Shown here piece after piece: positions 9,466 through 17,799 of a stretch of 46,549 nt of DNA; position 1 is the first letter of the stretch, and each line of letters starts with the position of its first letter. The stretch is taken from positions 1-46,549 of the forward strand of contig CAJWAY010000001.1 of NCBI GenBank assembly GCA_913020685.1, read 5' to 3'. The stretch is from an uncultured Flavobacteriaceae bacterium. GTDB taxonomy: Bacteria; Bacteroidota; Bacteroidia; Flavobacteriales; Flavobacteriaceae. The position numbers and the translations under genes are program-made. The notes under the pieces were generated by a model. The model did not search any database. It was given only the letters and a program-made list of their open reading frames with translations, and had not been told where the DNA came from.

Positions 9466-11655
9466 TTAATTTCCAAAATCACTGATGAATTTCAATCGAA
9501 ATAACCGCAACTCCTCTTCCTCATAATCACCATCAAATTGATCGGAGGCCAAATGCAACTCGTCTGAGTCTGCTTCCATAAAATAATCGGTCAATTCATC
9601 GATTTGATCATCATCAAAAATATCATTAATCCAATAATCGATATTAAGTTTTGTTCCAGAAAAAACAATAGTTTCCATTTCGGTTATCAATTTTAACATA
9701 TCCATCCCCTTGGCAGATGCAATATCTTCAAGCGATAACTTTCGATCTATACTTTGTATTAAATACAACTTCAAAACTGAGTTTGCTCCGGTGCTTTTAA
9801 TAATCAAATCATCAGGACGTGTAATTTGGTTTTCATCTACGTATTTTTTGATAAGCTCAATAAATTTTGATCCATACCGTTTTGCCTTGCCCTCTCCTAC
9901 TCCATTAATTTGATTTAGTTCTTTCAAACTAATCGGATATTTAAGTGCCATGTCTTCAAGCGAGTATTCCTGAAAAACTGCAAAAGGTGGAACATCCTCC
10001 TCCACAGCAACTTGTTTTCTTAACGAGCGTAATAAGTCCATCAGTACTTTGTCAATGTCTATTATAGCTTTATTGAAGGATAACCTCGGTTTATTTAATT
10101 GATAATCATGGTCGGCAGTAAATAAAAACGAAACGGGTTGGTTCAAAAAAGATTTGGCTTTTGGGGTGAGCTTGATAACCCCGTAGGTCTCAATATCCTT
10201 AATCAAATATCCTCCAATTAAAGCCTGTCTGAGCAATGCCATCCATAATTTAGCATCCATGTCGTTACCAACACCAAAAAAATGTTTTTCATGAGTTCGG
10301 TGTGAAATTATTAAAGCATTTTTTTCACCGGTCAAGGTTTTGACGATTTCTTTTGCCTTGTATTTTTCTTTTGTATCCAAAATAGTTTGAATCAAAATTT
10401 TTAATTTTTTACCCGCTTCAATTTTAGTTTTGGGATAACGCATGTTGTCATCCATATCTGCACCCTCACCATTTTCTGAATCAAATTCTTCTCCAAAATA
10501 ATGCAGAATGAACTTCCTTCTTGAAATGGAAGTTTCTGCATAAGATACCATTTCATTTAGTAGTGCAAATCCCACCTCCTGTTCGGCCAATGGCTTTCCT
10601 GACATGAATTTTTCTAATTTTTCAATGTCTTTGTAGGAATAAAAAGCCAAACAGTGTCCCTCTCCCCCATCTCTCCCAGCTCTTCCAGTTTCTTGGTAGT
10701 AGCTTTCTATACTTTTAGGGATATCGTGGTGAATCACAAATCTAACGTCGGGTTTATCAATTCCCATTCCGAATGCAATTGTAGCAACAATTACATCACA
10801 ATCCTCCTTGATAAACATATCCTGATTTCGCTCACGGGTTTTAGAATCCAAACCTGCATGATAAGGCAATGCATCTATGCCATTAACTTGCATCATCTTT
10901 GCCAACTCTTCTACCCGCTTTCTTGAAAGACAATAAACAATGCCAGATTTACCCTGGTTAGTCTTTATAAATTTGATTATCTCGGTTTCGACCTGATCTG
11001 ATTTTGACCTTACCTCATAATATAAATTGGGACGATTAAAAGAGGACTTGAAAACTTTTGGAGCAGAGATTTTAAGATTTTTCAAAATATCTTCTTGAAC
11101 TTTTGGAGTGGCTGTGGCTGTTAGAGCAATAATGGAAATTTTTTGACCCATTTGATCTAAAATGCTTCTCAAATTTCTGTATTCTGGTCTAAAATCGTGA
11201 CCCCACTCTGAAATACAATGCGCTTCGTCAACCGCTAAAAATGAAATTTGAATGGTTTTTAAAAAGTCTATGGTGTCTTTTTTTGCCAGGGACTCTGGAG
11301 CAACAAATAATAATTTAGTCACACCACTTATCAAATCTTGTTTAACCTTAAGAGTATCGGTTTTGTTTAAAGAGGAATTTAGAACATGAGCAATACCATT
11401 CTCTGCAGAAATACCCCTGATGGTATCAACCTGATTTTTCATCAAAGCGATAAGTGGTGAGACCACTAGAGCAGTTCCCTTGCAAAGTAAGGCTGGCAAT
11501 TGATAACACATTGATTTCCCACCACCAGTAGGCATAATTACAAAAGTGTCATTTTTAGAGAGTAAACTGTTAATCGCAGGTTCCTGGAGACCTTTAAAGT
11601 TCGAAAAACCGAAAAATTTTTTTAGGGATTTTTTTAAATCTACTTGTTTATCCAA
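9466..11655 (-). CDS. recQ: ATP-dependent DNA helicase RecQ
   Basis: 729 aa. Walker A MPTGGGKS, DEAH box VDEAHCISEWGHDFRPEY, RecQ C-terminal and HRDC-like regions. The start codon is TTG (11653-11655); no in-frame ATG lies upstream of the conserved FGF..F.G.Q block. Confidence 0.9.
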   Translation of the reverse strand: MDKQVDLKKSLKKFFGFSNFKGLQEPAINSLLSKNDTFVIMPTGGGKSMCYQLPALLCKGTALVVSPLIALMKNQVDTIRGISAENGIAHVLNSSLNKTDTLKVKQDLISGVTKLLFVAPESLAKKDTIDFLKTIQISFLAVDEAHCISEWGHDFRPEYRNLRSILDQMGQKISIIALTATATPKVQEDILKNLKISAPKVFKSSFNRPNLYYEVRSKSDQVETEIIKFIKTNQGKSGIVYCLSRKRVEELAKMMQVNGIDALPYHAGLDSKTRERNQDMFIKEDCDVIVATIAFGMGIDKPDVRFVIHHDIPKSIESYYQETGRAGRDGGEGHCLAFYSYKDIEKLEKFMSGKPLAEQEVGFALLNEMVSYAETSISRRKFILHYFGEEFDSENGEGADMDDNMRYPKTKIEAGKKLKILIQTILDTKEKYKAKEIVKTLTGEKNALIISHRTHEKHFFGVGNDMDAKLWMALLRQALIGGYLIKDIETYGVIKLTPKAKSFLNQPVSFLFTADHDYQLNKPRLSFNKAIIDIDKVLMDLLRSLRKQVAVEEDVPPFAVFQEYSLEDMALKYPISLKELNQINGVGEGKAKRYGSKFIELIKKYVDENQITRPDDLIIKSTGANSVLKLYLIQSIDRKLSLEDIASAKGMDMLKLITEMETIVFSGTKLNIDYWINDIFDDDQIDELTDYFMEADSDELHLASDQFDGDYEEEELRLFRLKFISDFGN

Positions 11656-11682
11656 TGGATGGGTTTAGTTTTAAAAATTAGC

Positions 11683-11690
11683 TAAATTTG
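11683..11690 (+). promoter_or_regulatory. -7 box candidate for kpsF-tatC-lptB
   Basis: TAAATTTG lies 51 nt upstream of the kpsF start. Only a degenerate TTTA stands at the -33 position. Confidence 0.3.
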
Positions 11691-11741
11691 TAAATACAAT
11701 ATAGTTCTTTTAACAAAGAAAAACTAATCAAAAAAATCAAA

Positions 11742-12713
11742 TTGAGCGTAAACTCTACAGTGACTGAAATTGCTCTCAACACCATTCGTGTAGAAATCCA
11801 ATCTCTAAAATTACTTGAGGAATCTATCGATAAAATTTTTGAAGAAATCGTTAATTTGATTCATCATTCAAAGGGAAAAATTGTTTTAACTGGTGTCGGT
11901 AAAAGTGGAATTATTGCCATGAAGATTGCTGCGACCTTAAGTTCTACAGGCACTCCATCTTTTTATCTTCACGCTGCTGACGCGACCCATGGTGATTTGG
12001 GAATGGTTGAAAAAAAAGATGTTATTATTGGAATTTCCAAAAGTGGAAATTCACAAGAGTTAAAAGACCTTATCCCTTTTCTAAAAAAAAATGGCAATAC
12101 AATCATTGGAATGACCTCCGATGTTGAGTCTTTCCTTGCGAAACAATCAGACTATCTGCTTTACACTCCAATAGTTAAAGAAGCATGCCCCCACAATTTG
12201 GCACCTACCACTAGCACTACTGTTCAAATGGTAATGGGTGACGCACTAGCCATTAGTTTAATGAAGCTCACTGGCTTTCAACCTCAAAATTTTGCTCAAA
12301 TTCATCCATCAGGTAGTTTAGGAAAAAAGTTACACCTTAAAGTAGGCGATTTTTCAGATTACTCCAATATACCTAGTGTATCTTACGAAGCTTCCTTAAA
12401 AGAGGTGATCCTCGAAATCTCCGAAAAACGATTAGGTGCTACAGTAGTTGAAAAAAAAGGAAAACTTTGTGGGTTGATCACTGATGGAGACATTCGTAGG
12501 GTTCTCGAAAAACACGAAAATATTAATGGACTGAAAGCAACTAACGTGATGACGAACAAACCTGTAAAGGTAGACGAGGATATGCTAGCCTATGATGCAT
12601 TAAAATTAATGCAATCTAAAAAAATAAATCATATTCTTGTAATGGGAAAAGACAATAACTACAGGGGTCTAATTCATATATTAGATTTTATAAAAGAGGG
12701 TTTAAATGGGTAA
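11742..12713 (+). CDS. kpsF: arabinose-5-phosphate isomerase (KpsF/KdsD: SIS domain + CBS pair)
   Basis: SIS motif VLTGVGKSG, followed by a C-terminal tandem CBS region. The apparent start is TTG (11742); the first in-frame ATG is too far downstream to retain the SIS motif. Confidence 0.85.
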   Translation: MSVNSTVTEIALNTIRVEIQSLKLLEESIDKIFEEIVNLIHHSKGKIVLTGVGKSGIIAMKIAATLSSTGTPSFYLHAADATHGDLGMVEKKDVIIGISKSGNSQELKDLIPFLKKNGNTIIGMTSDVESFLAKQSDYLLYTPIVKEACPHNLAPTTSTTVQMVMGDALAISLMKLTGFQPQNFAQIHPSGSLGKKLHLKVGDFSDYSNIPSVSYEASLKEVILEISEKRLGATVVEKKGKLCGLITDGDIRRVLEKHENINGLKATNVMTNKPVKVDEDMLAYDALKLMQSKKINHILVMGKDNNYRGLIHILDFIKEGLNG

Positions 12714-13536
12714 AAATCCTAATGAAATGTCTTTTTTGGACCATCTTGAAGAACTTCGATGGCATCTGATCCGATCGTGTTTGGCAATTGTATTAATGGC
12801 TTCGGTTGCTTTTATAGGAAAGGATTTTATTTTTGACACCATTATTTTTGGACCTAAAAAAATTGATTTTCTCACCTACAGGTGGTTTTGTCATCTATCA
12901 GAATCTTTCGGTCAAGGTGACAGTTTCTGTATCAGTGAAATGCCCTTTAGAATTCAGAGTAGAACAGTAGCAGGCCAATTTTCCGCACACCTGTGGACTT
13001 CAGTTTTAGCCGGTTTTATCATAGCATTTCCTTATGTCATATTTGAATTTTGGAAGTTTGTAAGTCCTGGCTTACATGAAAACGAAAGAAAAAATGCTAG
13101 AGGTTTTATTTTTATCTCCTCTTTGCTGTTTTTTATTGGGATAATTTTTGGATATTACATGGTTACCCCTCTATCCATCAACTTCCTCGGTAATTATAAG
13201 GTTAGTAGCGAAGTGTTTAATGATTTTGATCTAAGCAGTTACATTGGACTTTTGAGAGCTTCGGTTTTAGCTAGTGGACTCATTTTTGAACTACCCATTA
13301 TCATTTACTTCCTCACCAAAGTGGGAATCGTTACACCTAAATTTTTAAGAAAAAATCGAAAATTTGCATTGGTAATTGTATTGAGTTTATCTGCCATAAT
13401 TACCCCTCCAGATATTGTAAGTCAAATTATTGTGAGTATACCTCTGTTGATATTGTATGAAGTGAGTATTTTTATTTCAAAATTCACTTATCACCGTTTG
13501 GAGAAAGAAATGCAAAAAACTACCACCCTGAAATGA
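12706..13536 (+). CDS. tatC: twin-arginine translocase subunit TatC
   Basis: 276 aa, six TM helices, N-terminal MSFLDHLEELR.HLI typical of TatC. The ATG overlaps the kpsF stop by 8 nt. Confidence 0.85.
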   Translation: MGKNPNEMSFLDHLEELRWHLIRSCLAIVLMASVAFIGKDFIFDTIIFGPKKIDFLTYRWFCHLSESFGQGDSFCISEMPFRIQSRTVAGQFSAHLWTSVLAGFIIAFPYVIFEFWKFVSPGLHENERKNARGFIFISSLLFFIGIIFGYYMVTPLSINFLGNYKVSSEVFNDFDLSSYIGLLRASVLASGLIFELPIIIYFLTKVGIVTPKFLRKNRKFALVIVLSLSAIITPPDIVSQIIVSIPLLILYEVSIFISKFTYHRLEKEMQKTTTLK

Positions 13537-14273
13537 AATTAAGCGCAGTAGAAATAGAAAAATCCTACAAGGGAAGAAAAGTCGTAAAGGCAATTTCTGT
13601 ATCTGTTGAACAGGGAGAGATTGTAGGTTTATTAGGCCCTAATGGCGCAGGAAAAACGACTTCATTTTACATGATAGTAGGTTTAATAAAGCCTCAAGCT
13701 GGCAGGATACTTCTAGACGATATTGATATTACCTCATTCCCCATGTACAAAAGGGCACAAAACGGAATCGGTTACCTGGCTCAGGAGGCATCTGTTTTTA
13801 GAAAACTAAGTGTAGAAGACAACATATTGAGTGTTTTGCAACTTAGTAAACTCTCCAAAAATCAACAAAATGAAAAAGTGGAAGCCTTATTAGAAGAATT
13901 TGGCTTAACCCATATTCGTAAAAGTAGGGGTGATTTACTATCGGGTGGAGAAAGAAGAAGGACTGAAATTGCCAGAGCACTCGCTACCGATCCAAAATTT
14001 GTTTTGCTTGATGAGCCTTTTGCTGGTGTGGATCCTGTTGCTGTGGAAGACATTCAAAAAATTGTAGCTCATCTAAAAAACAAAAATATAGGGATTCTGA
14101 TAACCGACCACAATGTTCAAGAAACTTTAGCTATTACCGATAAAACTTTTTTAATGTTTGAAGGAAGTATTCTAAAAGCCGGAACTCCTGAGGAGCTCGC
14201 AAAAGACGAGATGGTAAGAAAAGTATACCTAGGTAAGAATTTTGAATTGAGGAAGAAGAAAATTTCATTGTAA
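13533..14273 (+). CDS. lptB: LPS export ABC transporter ATP-binding protein LptB
   Basis: Walker A GPNGAGKTT, signature LSGGERRRTEIARAL, Walker B VLLDEPFAGVDP. ATGA overlap with the tatC stop. Confidence 0.85.
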   Translation: MKLSAVEIEKSYKGRKVVKAISVSVEQGEIVGLLGPNGAGKTTSFYMIVGLIKPQAGRILLDDIDITSFPMYKRAQNGIGYLAQEASVFRKLSVEDNILSVLQLSKLSKNQQNEKVEALLEEFGLTHIRKSRGDLLSGGERRRTEIARALATDPKFVLLDEPFAGVDPVAVEDIQKIVAHLKNKNIGILITDHNVQETLAITDKTFLMFEGSILKAGTPEELAKDEMVRKVYLGKNFELRKKKISL

Positions 14274-14294
14274 AAATCAAATGATAAAAAGGGA

Positions 14295-15044
14295 TTAATC
14301 CACTGACTTAAAAAGACTGTTGTTGATCAAATTTAAAAACAAATAAACCAATACCCCTAGGCAAATTCCACCCAAACCTACATAGTAAATTAAGATCGGT
14401 GCAGACACAAGCAAAAGCATTCTTAAAAGTGTATCTGGCTTACCTGTTTTGAGTGATTTAAAAGAAAAAAGATCGAAGCTGGCATTCATTAAAAGAACAA
14501 AAATAAAAGTCAAAAAGATCAATCCCGGGTTAGTAATTAAAAGAGGTTTCAAAAAAGCGAAATCAGGATGTTTCACCAATATAGGAAGTGCGCCAAAAAA
14601 CATCGCCATGGCAGGTGTTGGCAAACCTACAAAATGATTTTTTTTAGAGCCATCAATATTGAATCGAGCCAATCTAAAAGCAGCGCCCAGAGGGATTAAA
14701 AAACCAATAAATACCCATGGAATAAATTCAACCACAGTGTTGAGTGGCCAACCTATAGGGATTTCAATAGGTTTATTACCCGCCATAACAAATAGCTGTG
14801 CCATAATGATTCCTGGGGCCACTCCACATGTTACCATGTCAGCCATTGAATCTAATTGTACGCCTAAATTACTTTTGACTTTGAGCAAACGGGCAAGCAG
14901 TCCATCCCAAACATCAAAAAAAACACCAGTAAGTAAAAAAATTAGTGCAGTTTCAAATTGAAATATATAAGCAAAATAAATCGAAAAACAACCCGACAAA
15001 AGGTTTAACGAAGTGAAAAAATGAGGAACTGATTTTTTAATCAT
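14295..15044 (-). CDS. pssA: CDP-diacylglycerol--serine O-phosphatidyltransferase (CDP-alcohol phosphatidyltransferase family)
   Basis: Family motif D(x)2DG(x)2AR...G(x)3D(x)3D is present as DVWDGLLAR...GVQLDSMAD. Start set at the ATG at 15044 (MIKKSVPHFFTSLNL), because the ORF-track extension to 15164 would overlap the divergent lnt start. Confidence 0.8.
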   Translation of the reverse strand: MIKKSVPHFFTSLNLLSGCFSIYFAYIFQFETALIFLLTGVFFDVWDGLLARLLKVKSNLGVQLDSMADMVTCGVAPGIIMAQLFVMAGNKPIEIPIGWPLNTVVEFIPWVFIGFLIPLGAAFRLARFNIDGSKKNHFVGLPTPAMAMFFGALPILVKHPDFAFLKPLLITNPGLIFLTFIFVLLMNASFDLFSFKSLKTGKPDTLLRMLLLVSAPILIYYVGLGGICLGVLVYLFLNLINNSLFKSVD

Positions 15045-15130
15045 TAATTTTGTAAAACCAATTTTTAATGAAATATTCCGGCAAATTAAGATTTGATCCA
15101 TTAAGAAAAAAATAAGCAGACAGAAATTCC

Positions 15131-16753
15131 ATGATTTTATACAAAAACCCCGTGATGTTGTCAATTCTTTCTGGAGCGTTACTCACTTTATCTTGGCCGG
15201 TTCAAGGTTTGTCTTTACTTATATTTTTTAGTTTAATTCCCTTGCTTTTTGTTGAGGATCAAATTTCAAAAATGAATTCGAAACAAAAAAAATTACGTTT
15301 GTTTGCCCTTAGCTATCTTGGATTTTTCATTTGGAATATAGGAACCACTTGGTGGATTGTCAACTCCTCAGTTTTTGGGATGGCTTTTGCAATTCTATGC
15401 AATAGTTTATTTTACACTATTCTTTTGATGCTTTTTCATTGGTCCAAAAAGAGACTTCCTCTTCGAACAGCCTATATTTTTTTTGTTACCCTATGGATCG
15501 CTTTTGAAAAATTTCACTTAGAATGGGATTTCTCTTGGCCTTGGCTGAACTTAGGGAATGTTTTTTCCGAAGACGTTCAATGGATACAATGGTATGAATT
15601 TACTGGCTCTTTTGGGGGAAGTTTATGGATTTTAATCATCAATATTGGGCTTTATGAAGTTTTTAAAAATTACCCGGTCAGCCTGAAAAACACTGTTTGG
15701 GTCAAAAAAATGAGTCCCTGGTTAATTTGCATTGCTATCCCTATTGCAATCTCATTAACTATTTTTGAAAGGGAAAATATCCTTGTCCCCAACACTGAGG
15801 TTTTGCTTTTACAACCCAATATTGATCCCTACAACGAAAAATATATTAAGGAAAATGATTACTACTTTGACTTATTGATCAATATGACAACTGATCAAAT
15901 AACTGATCAAACCAGATATATCTTTACTCCAGAGACCTATTTTGGTCAGGGTTTTGGATCATCACTTGAGGAATTTAAAAAAACAACTTTACACCGTAAA
16001 ATTGACTCCTTACTTGAAAAAAATCCAAAAATTCAGTTGGTTAGCGGTATCCAATCCTACAGTGTTTACATGGCAGACAAACCCCCAACACCCACAGCAA
16101 ATTTTGTCAGGAATGGGATCTGGGTGGATTTTTACAACTCAGCTCTGAAGATGGAATTCCAACAGGAGCCGGAGTTTTATCACAAATCAAAATTGGTGGT
16201 AGGGGTAGAAAACATGCCCTATAAAAGTTTTTTTGAGCCTCTATTTGGAGAGTTTTTGCTTGACCTGGGAGGTACGGTATCCAGCCGGGCAATACAAAAC
16301 AATAGAAGTGTTTTTGAACACAAAAAAATCAACCTTAAGACAGGGCCCGTCATATGTTATGAATCCATATATGGTGAGTTTGTCACAGAATATGTTAGAA
16401 AAGGAGCTCAATTTTTGGGCATAATTACCAACGATGCTTGGTGGGGAAATACAGCCGGTCATAAACAATTGCTGAGTTACGCACGATTAAGAGCCATTGA
16501 AAACCGAAGAAGTATTGTCAGAAGTGCAAATACAGGTATTTCCGCAGTCATCAATGCTAAAGGCGAGATTACTGATAAACTTCCTTATCATACCAAGGGA
16601 GTATTGAAAGCGAAGTTTTCCCCGGCAAATAAAATAACATTCTACACCCAATACGGGGACTTTATTGCCCGCTGGTCTGGGTTTATTGCGGTTTTGTTTT
16701 TTCTAATCGCCATCAGTGGCAGATTGAAGAAAAAAATACCAAAAAAACCCTGA
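15131..16753 (+). CDS. lnt: apolipoprotein N-acyltransferase
   Basis: 540 aa. N-terminal multi-TM domain plus a C-terminal CN-hydrolase domain with catalytic Cys in PVICYESIY. The start could be Met9 (15155). Confidence 0.85.
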   Translation: MILYKNPVMLSILSGALLTLSWPVQGLSLLIFFSLIPLLFVEDQISKMNSKQKKLRLFALSYLGFFIWNIGTTWWIVNSSVFGMAFAILCNSLFYTILLMLFHWSKKRLPLRTAYIFFVTLWIAFEKFHLEWDFSWPWLNLGNVFSEDVQWIQWYEFTGSFGGSLWILIINIGLYEVFKNYPVSLKNTVWVKKMSPWLICIAIPIAISLTIFERENILVPNTEVLLLQPNIDPYNEKYIKENDYYFDLLINMTTDQITDQTRYIFTPETYFGQGFGSSLEEFKKTTLHRKIDSLLEKNPKIQLVSGIQSYSVYMADKPPTPTANFVRNGIWVDFYNSALKMEFQQEPEFYHKSKLVVGVENMPYKSFFEPLFGEFLLDLGGTVSSRAIQNNRSVFEHKKINLKTGPVICYESIYGEFVTEYVRKGAQFLGIITNDAWWGNTAGHKQLLSYARLRAIENRRSIVRSANTGISAVINAKGEITDKLPYHTKGVLKAKFSPANKITFYTQYGDFIARWSGFIAVLFFLIAISGRLKKKIPKKP

Positions 16754-16878
16754 TGTGAGCCTCCGATACTTTTATCAAAATGACAATATTTATTGTTACT
16801 TTTGCGCAGCAAATAATTAATAAAAAAGAAAATAAATTCCATTTGCCTCCACCCAATGAATAAATTAAATAGACTGAC

Positions 16879-17451
16879 ATGAGCAGGGATAAACTTTACA
16901 CAAAAAAAGGAGATGATGGAACCACAGGCTTGCTATCGGGCAAACGCGTAAACAAGCATCACATAAGAATCAAAGCCTATGGAACCGTTGATGAGCTTAA
17001 TGTCTGGGTCGGTATGATCAGGAATTTTAAAACTGATAAAAACACTGATAAAACCCTCGTCAAAATTCAACAAGAATTAATGATAATAGCCTCACAATTG
17101 TCTGACGATACTGCTTTTGAGGTGTCAAAATTGGTCAAAGTATTGGAACCCATTCGTGAGGAAGAAGTTAATCATTTGGAAGATCAAATCGATCAGATCA
17201 ATAATGATCTTCCAGAACTTAAAAACTTTGTGATTCCTGGAGGACATATGGTGGTTTCTTACGCGCATTTGGCTCGTTGTGCTTGTAGAAGAGCTGAAAG
17301 GTTCATAACAGAATTAAATGAAATCGAAAATGTACCCAAAATCATCATTGCCTATATCAACCGACTTTCAGACTATTTATTCATATTGTCAAGGAAACTA
17401 GTAAAGGATTATGAGGTCGAAGAAATTAAATGGATAGCTCAAAAAAAGTAG
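16879..17451 (+). CDS. ATP:cob(I)alamin adenosyltransferase, PduO type
   Basis: 190 aa. N-terminal YTKKGDDGTTGL motif and a helical-bundle C-terminus (RRAER..., INRLSDYLF). Confidence 0.8.
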   Translation: MSRDKLYTKKGDDGTTGLLSGKRVNKHHIRIKAYGTVDELNVWVGMIRNFKTDKNTDKTLVKIQQELMIIASQLSDDTAFEVSKLVKVLEPIREEEVNHLEDQIDQINNDLPELKNFVIPGGHMVVSYAHLARCACRRAERFITELNEIENVPKIIIAYINRLSDYLFILSRKLVKDYEVEEIKWIAQKK

Positions 17452-17460
17452 TACACCTTC

Positions 17461-17490
17461 TTGCTTAATTCCATTAAAAATTTATTTTTG
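17461..17490 (+). promoter_or_regulatory. sigma-A promoter of the DUF2795 gene
   Basis: TTG (17461-17463), exactly 19 nt of spacer, then TATTTTTG (17483-17490). The ATG at 17508 follows. Confidence 0.6.
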
Positions 17491-17507
17491 CAGAAATTTT
17501 GTATCTC

Positions 17508-17729
17508 ATGTATTGGACATTAGAACTTGCCTCATATCTCAGTGATGCCCCTTGGCCGGCGACCAAGGATGAGCTAATTGACTTTTCAATTCGTACGGGA
17601 GCACCCCTAGAAGTAGTAGAAAACTTACAGTCTATGGAGGATGAAGGAGATGTATATGAATCTATTGAGGAAATATGGCCCGACTTTCCAACCGAAGAGG
17701 ATTATCTTTGGAATGAGGATGAATACTAA
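17508..17729 (+). CDS. DUF2795-like small acidic protein
   Basis: The first codon in the ORF track (17499) is TTG, which falls at or upstream of the predicted TSS. The ATG at 17508 gives MYWTLELASYLSDAPWPATKDELIDFSIRTGAP, which is DUF2795-like. Confidence 0.65.
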   Translation: MYWTLELASYLSDAPWPATKDELIDFSIRTGAPLEVVENLQSMEDEGDVYESIEEIWPDFPTEEDYLWNEDEY

Positions 17730-17741
17730 AATCAAAAAACT

Positions 17742-17768
17742 AAAAGTCTCAAATGAGGCTTTTTTTTT
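17742..17768 (+). terminator. rho-independent terminator
   Basis: AAAAGTCTC-AAAT-GAGGCTTTT: a 9-bp stem with one G-U pair and a 4-nt loop, running into a T8 tract. Confidence 0.7.
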
Positions 17769-17799
17769 GCTTAATTTTATAGATATTTTAAATTAAAGA

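Noticed and set aside
15045-15164. ORF-track N-terminal extension of pssA, overlapping the divergent lnt start
   Set aside because: The extension is a Cys/Phe-rich, non-conserved-looking peptide. The internal ATG at 15044 gives a typical MIKKSVPHFFT.LNL start and restores an 86-bp divergent promoter region.
15890-15910. Tandem ACTGATCAAATAACTGATCAA micro-repeat
   Set aside because: It lies in frame inside lnt (encoding TDQITDQT), in the linker between domains. It is a trivial coding duplication.
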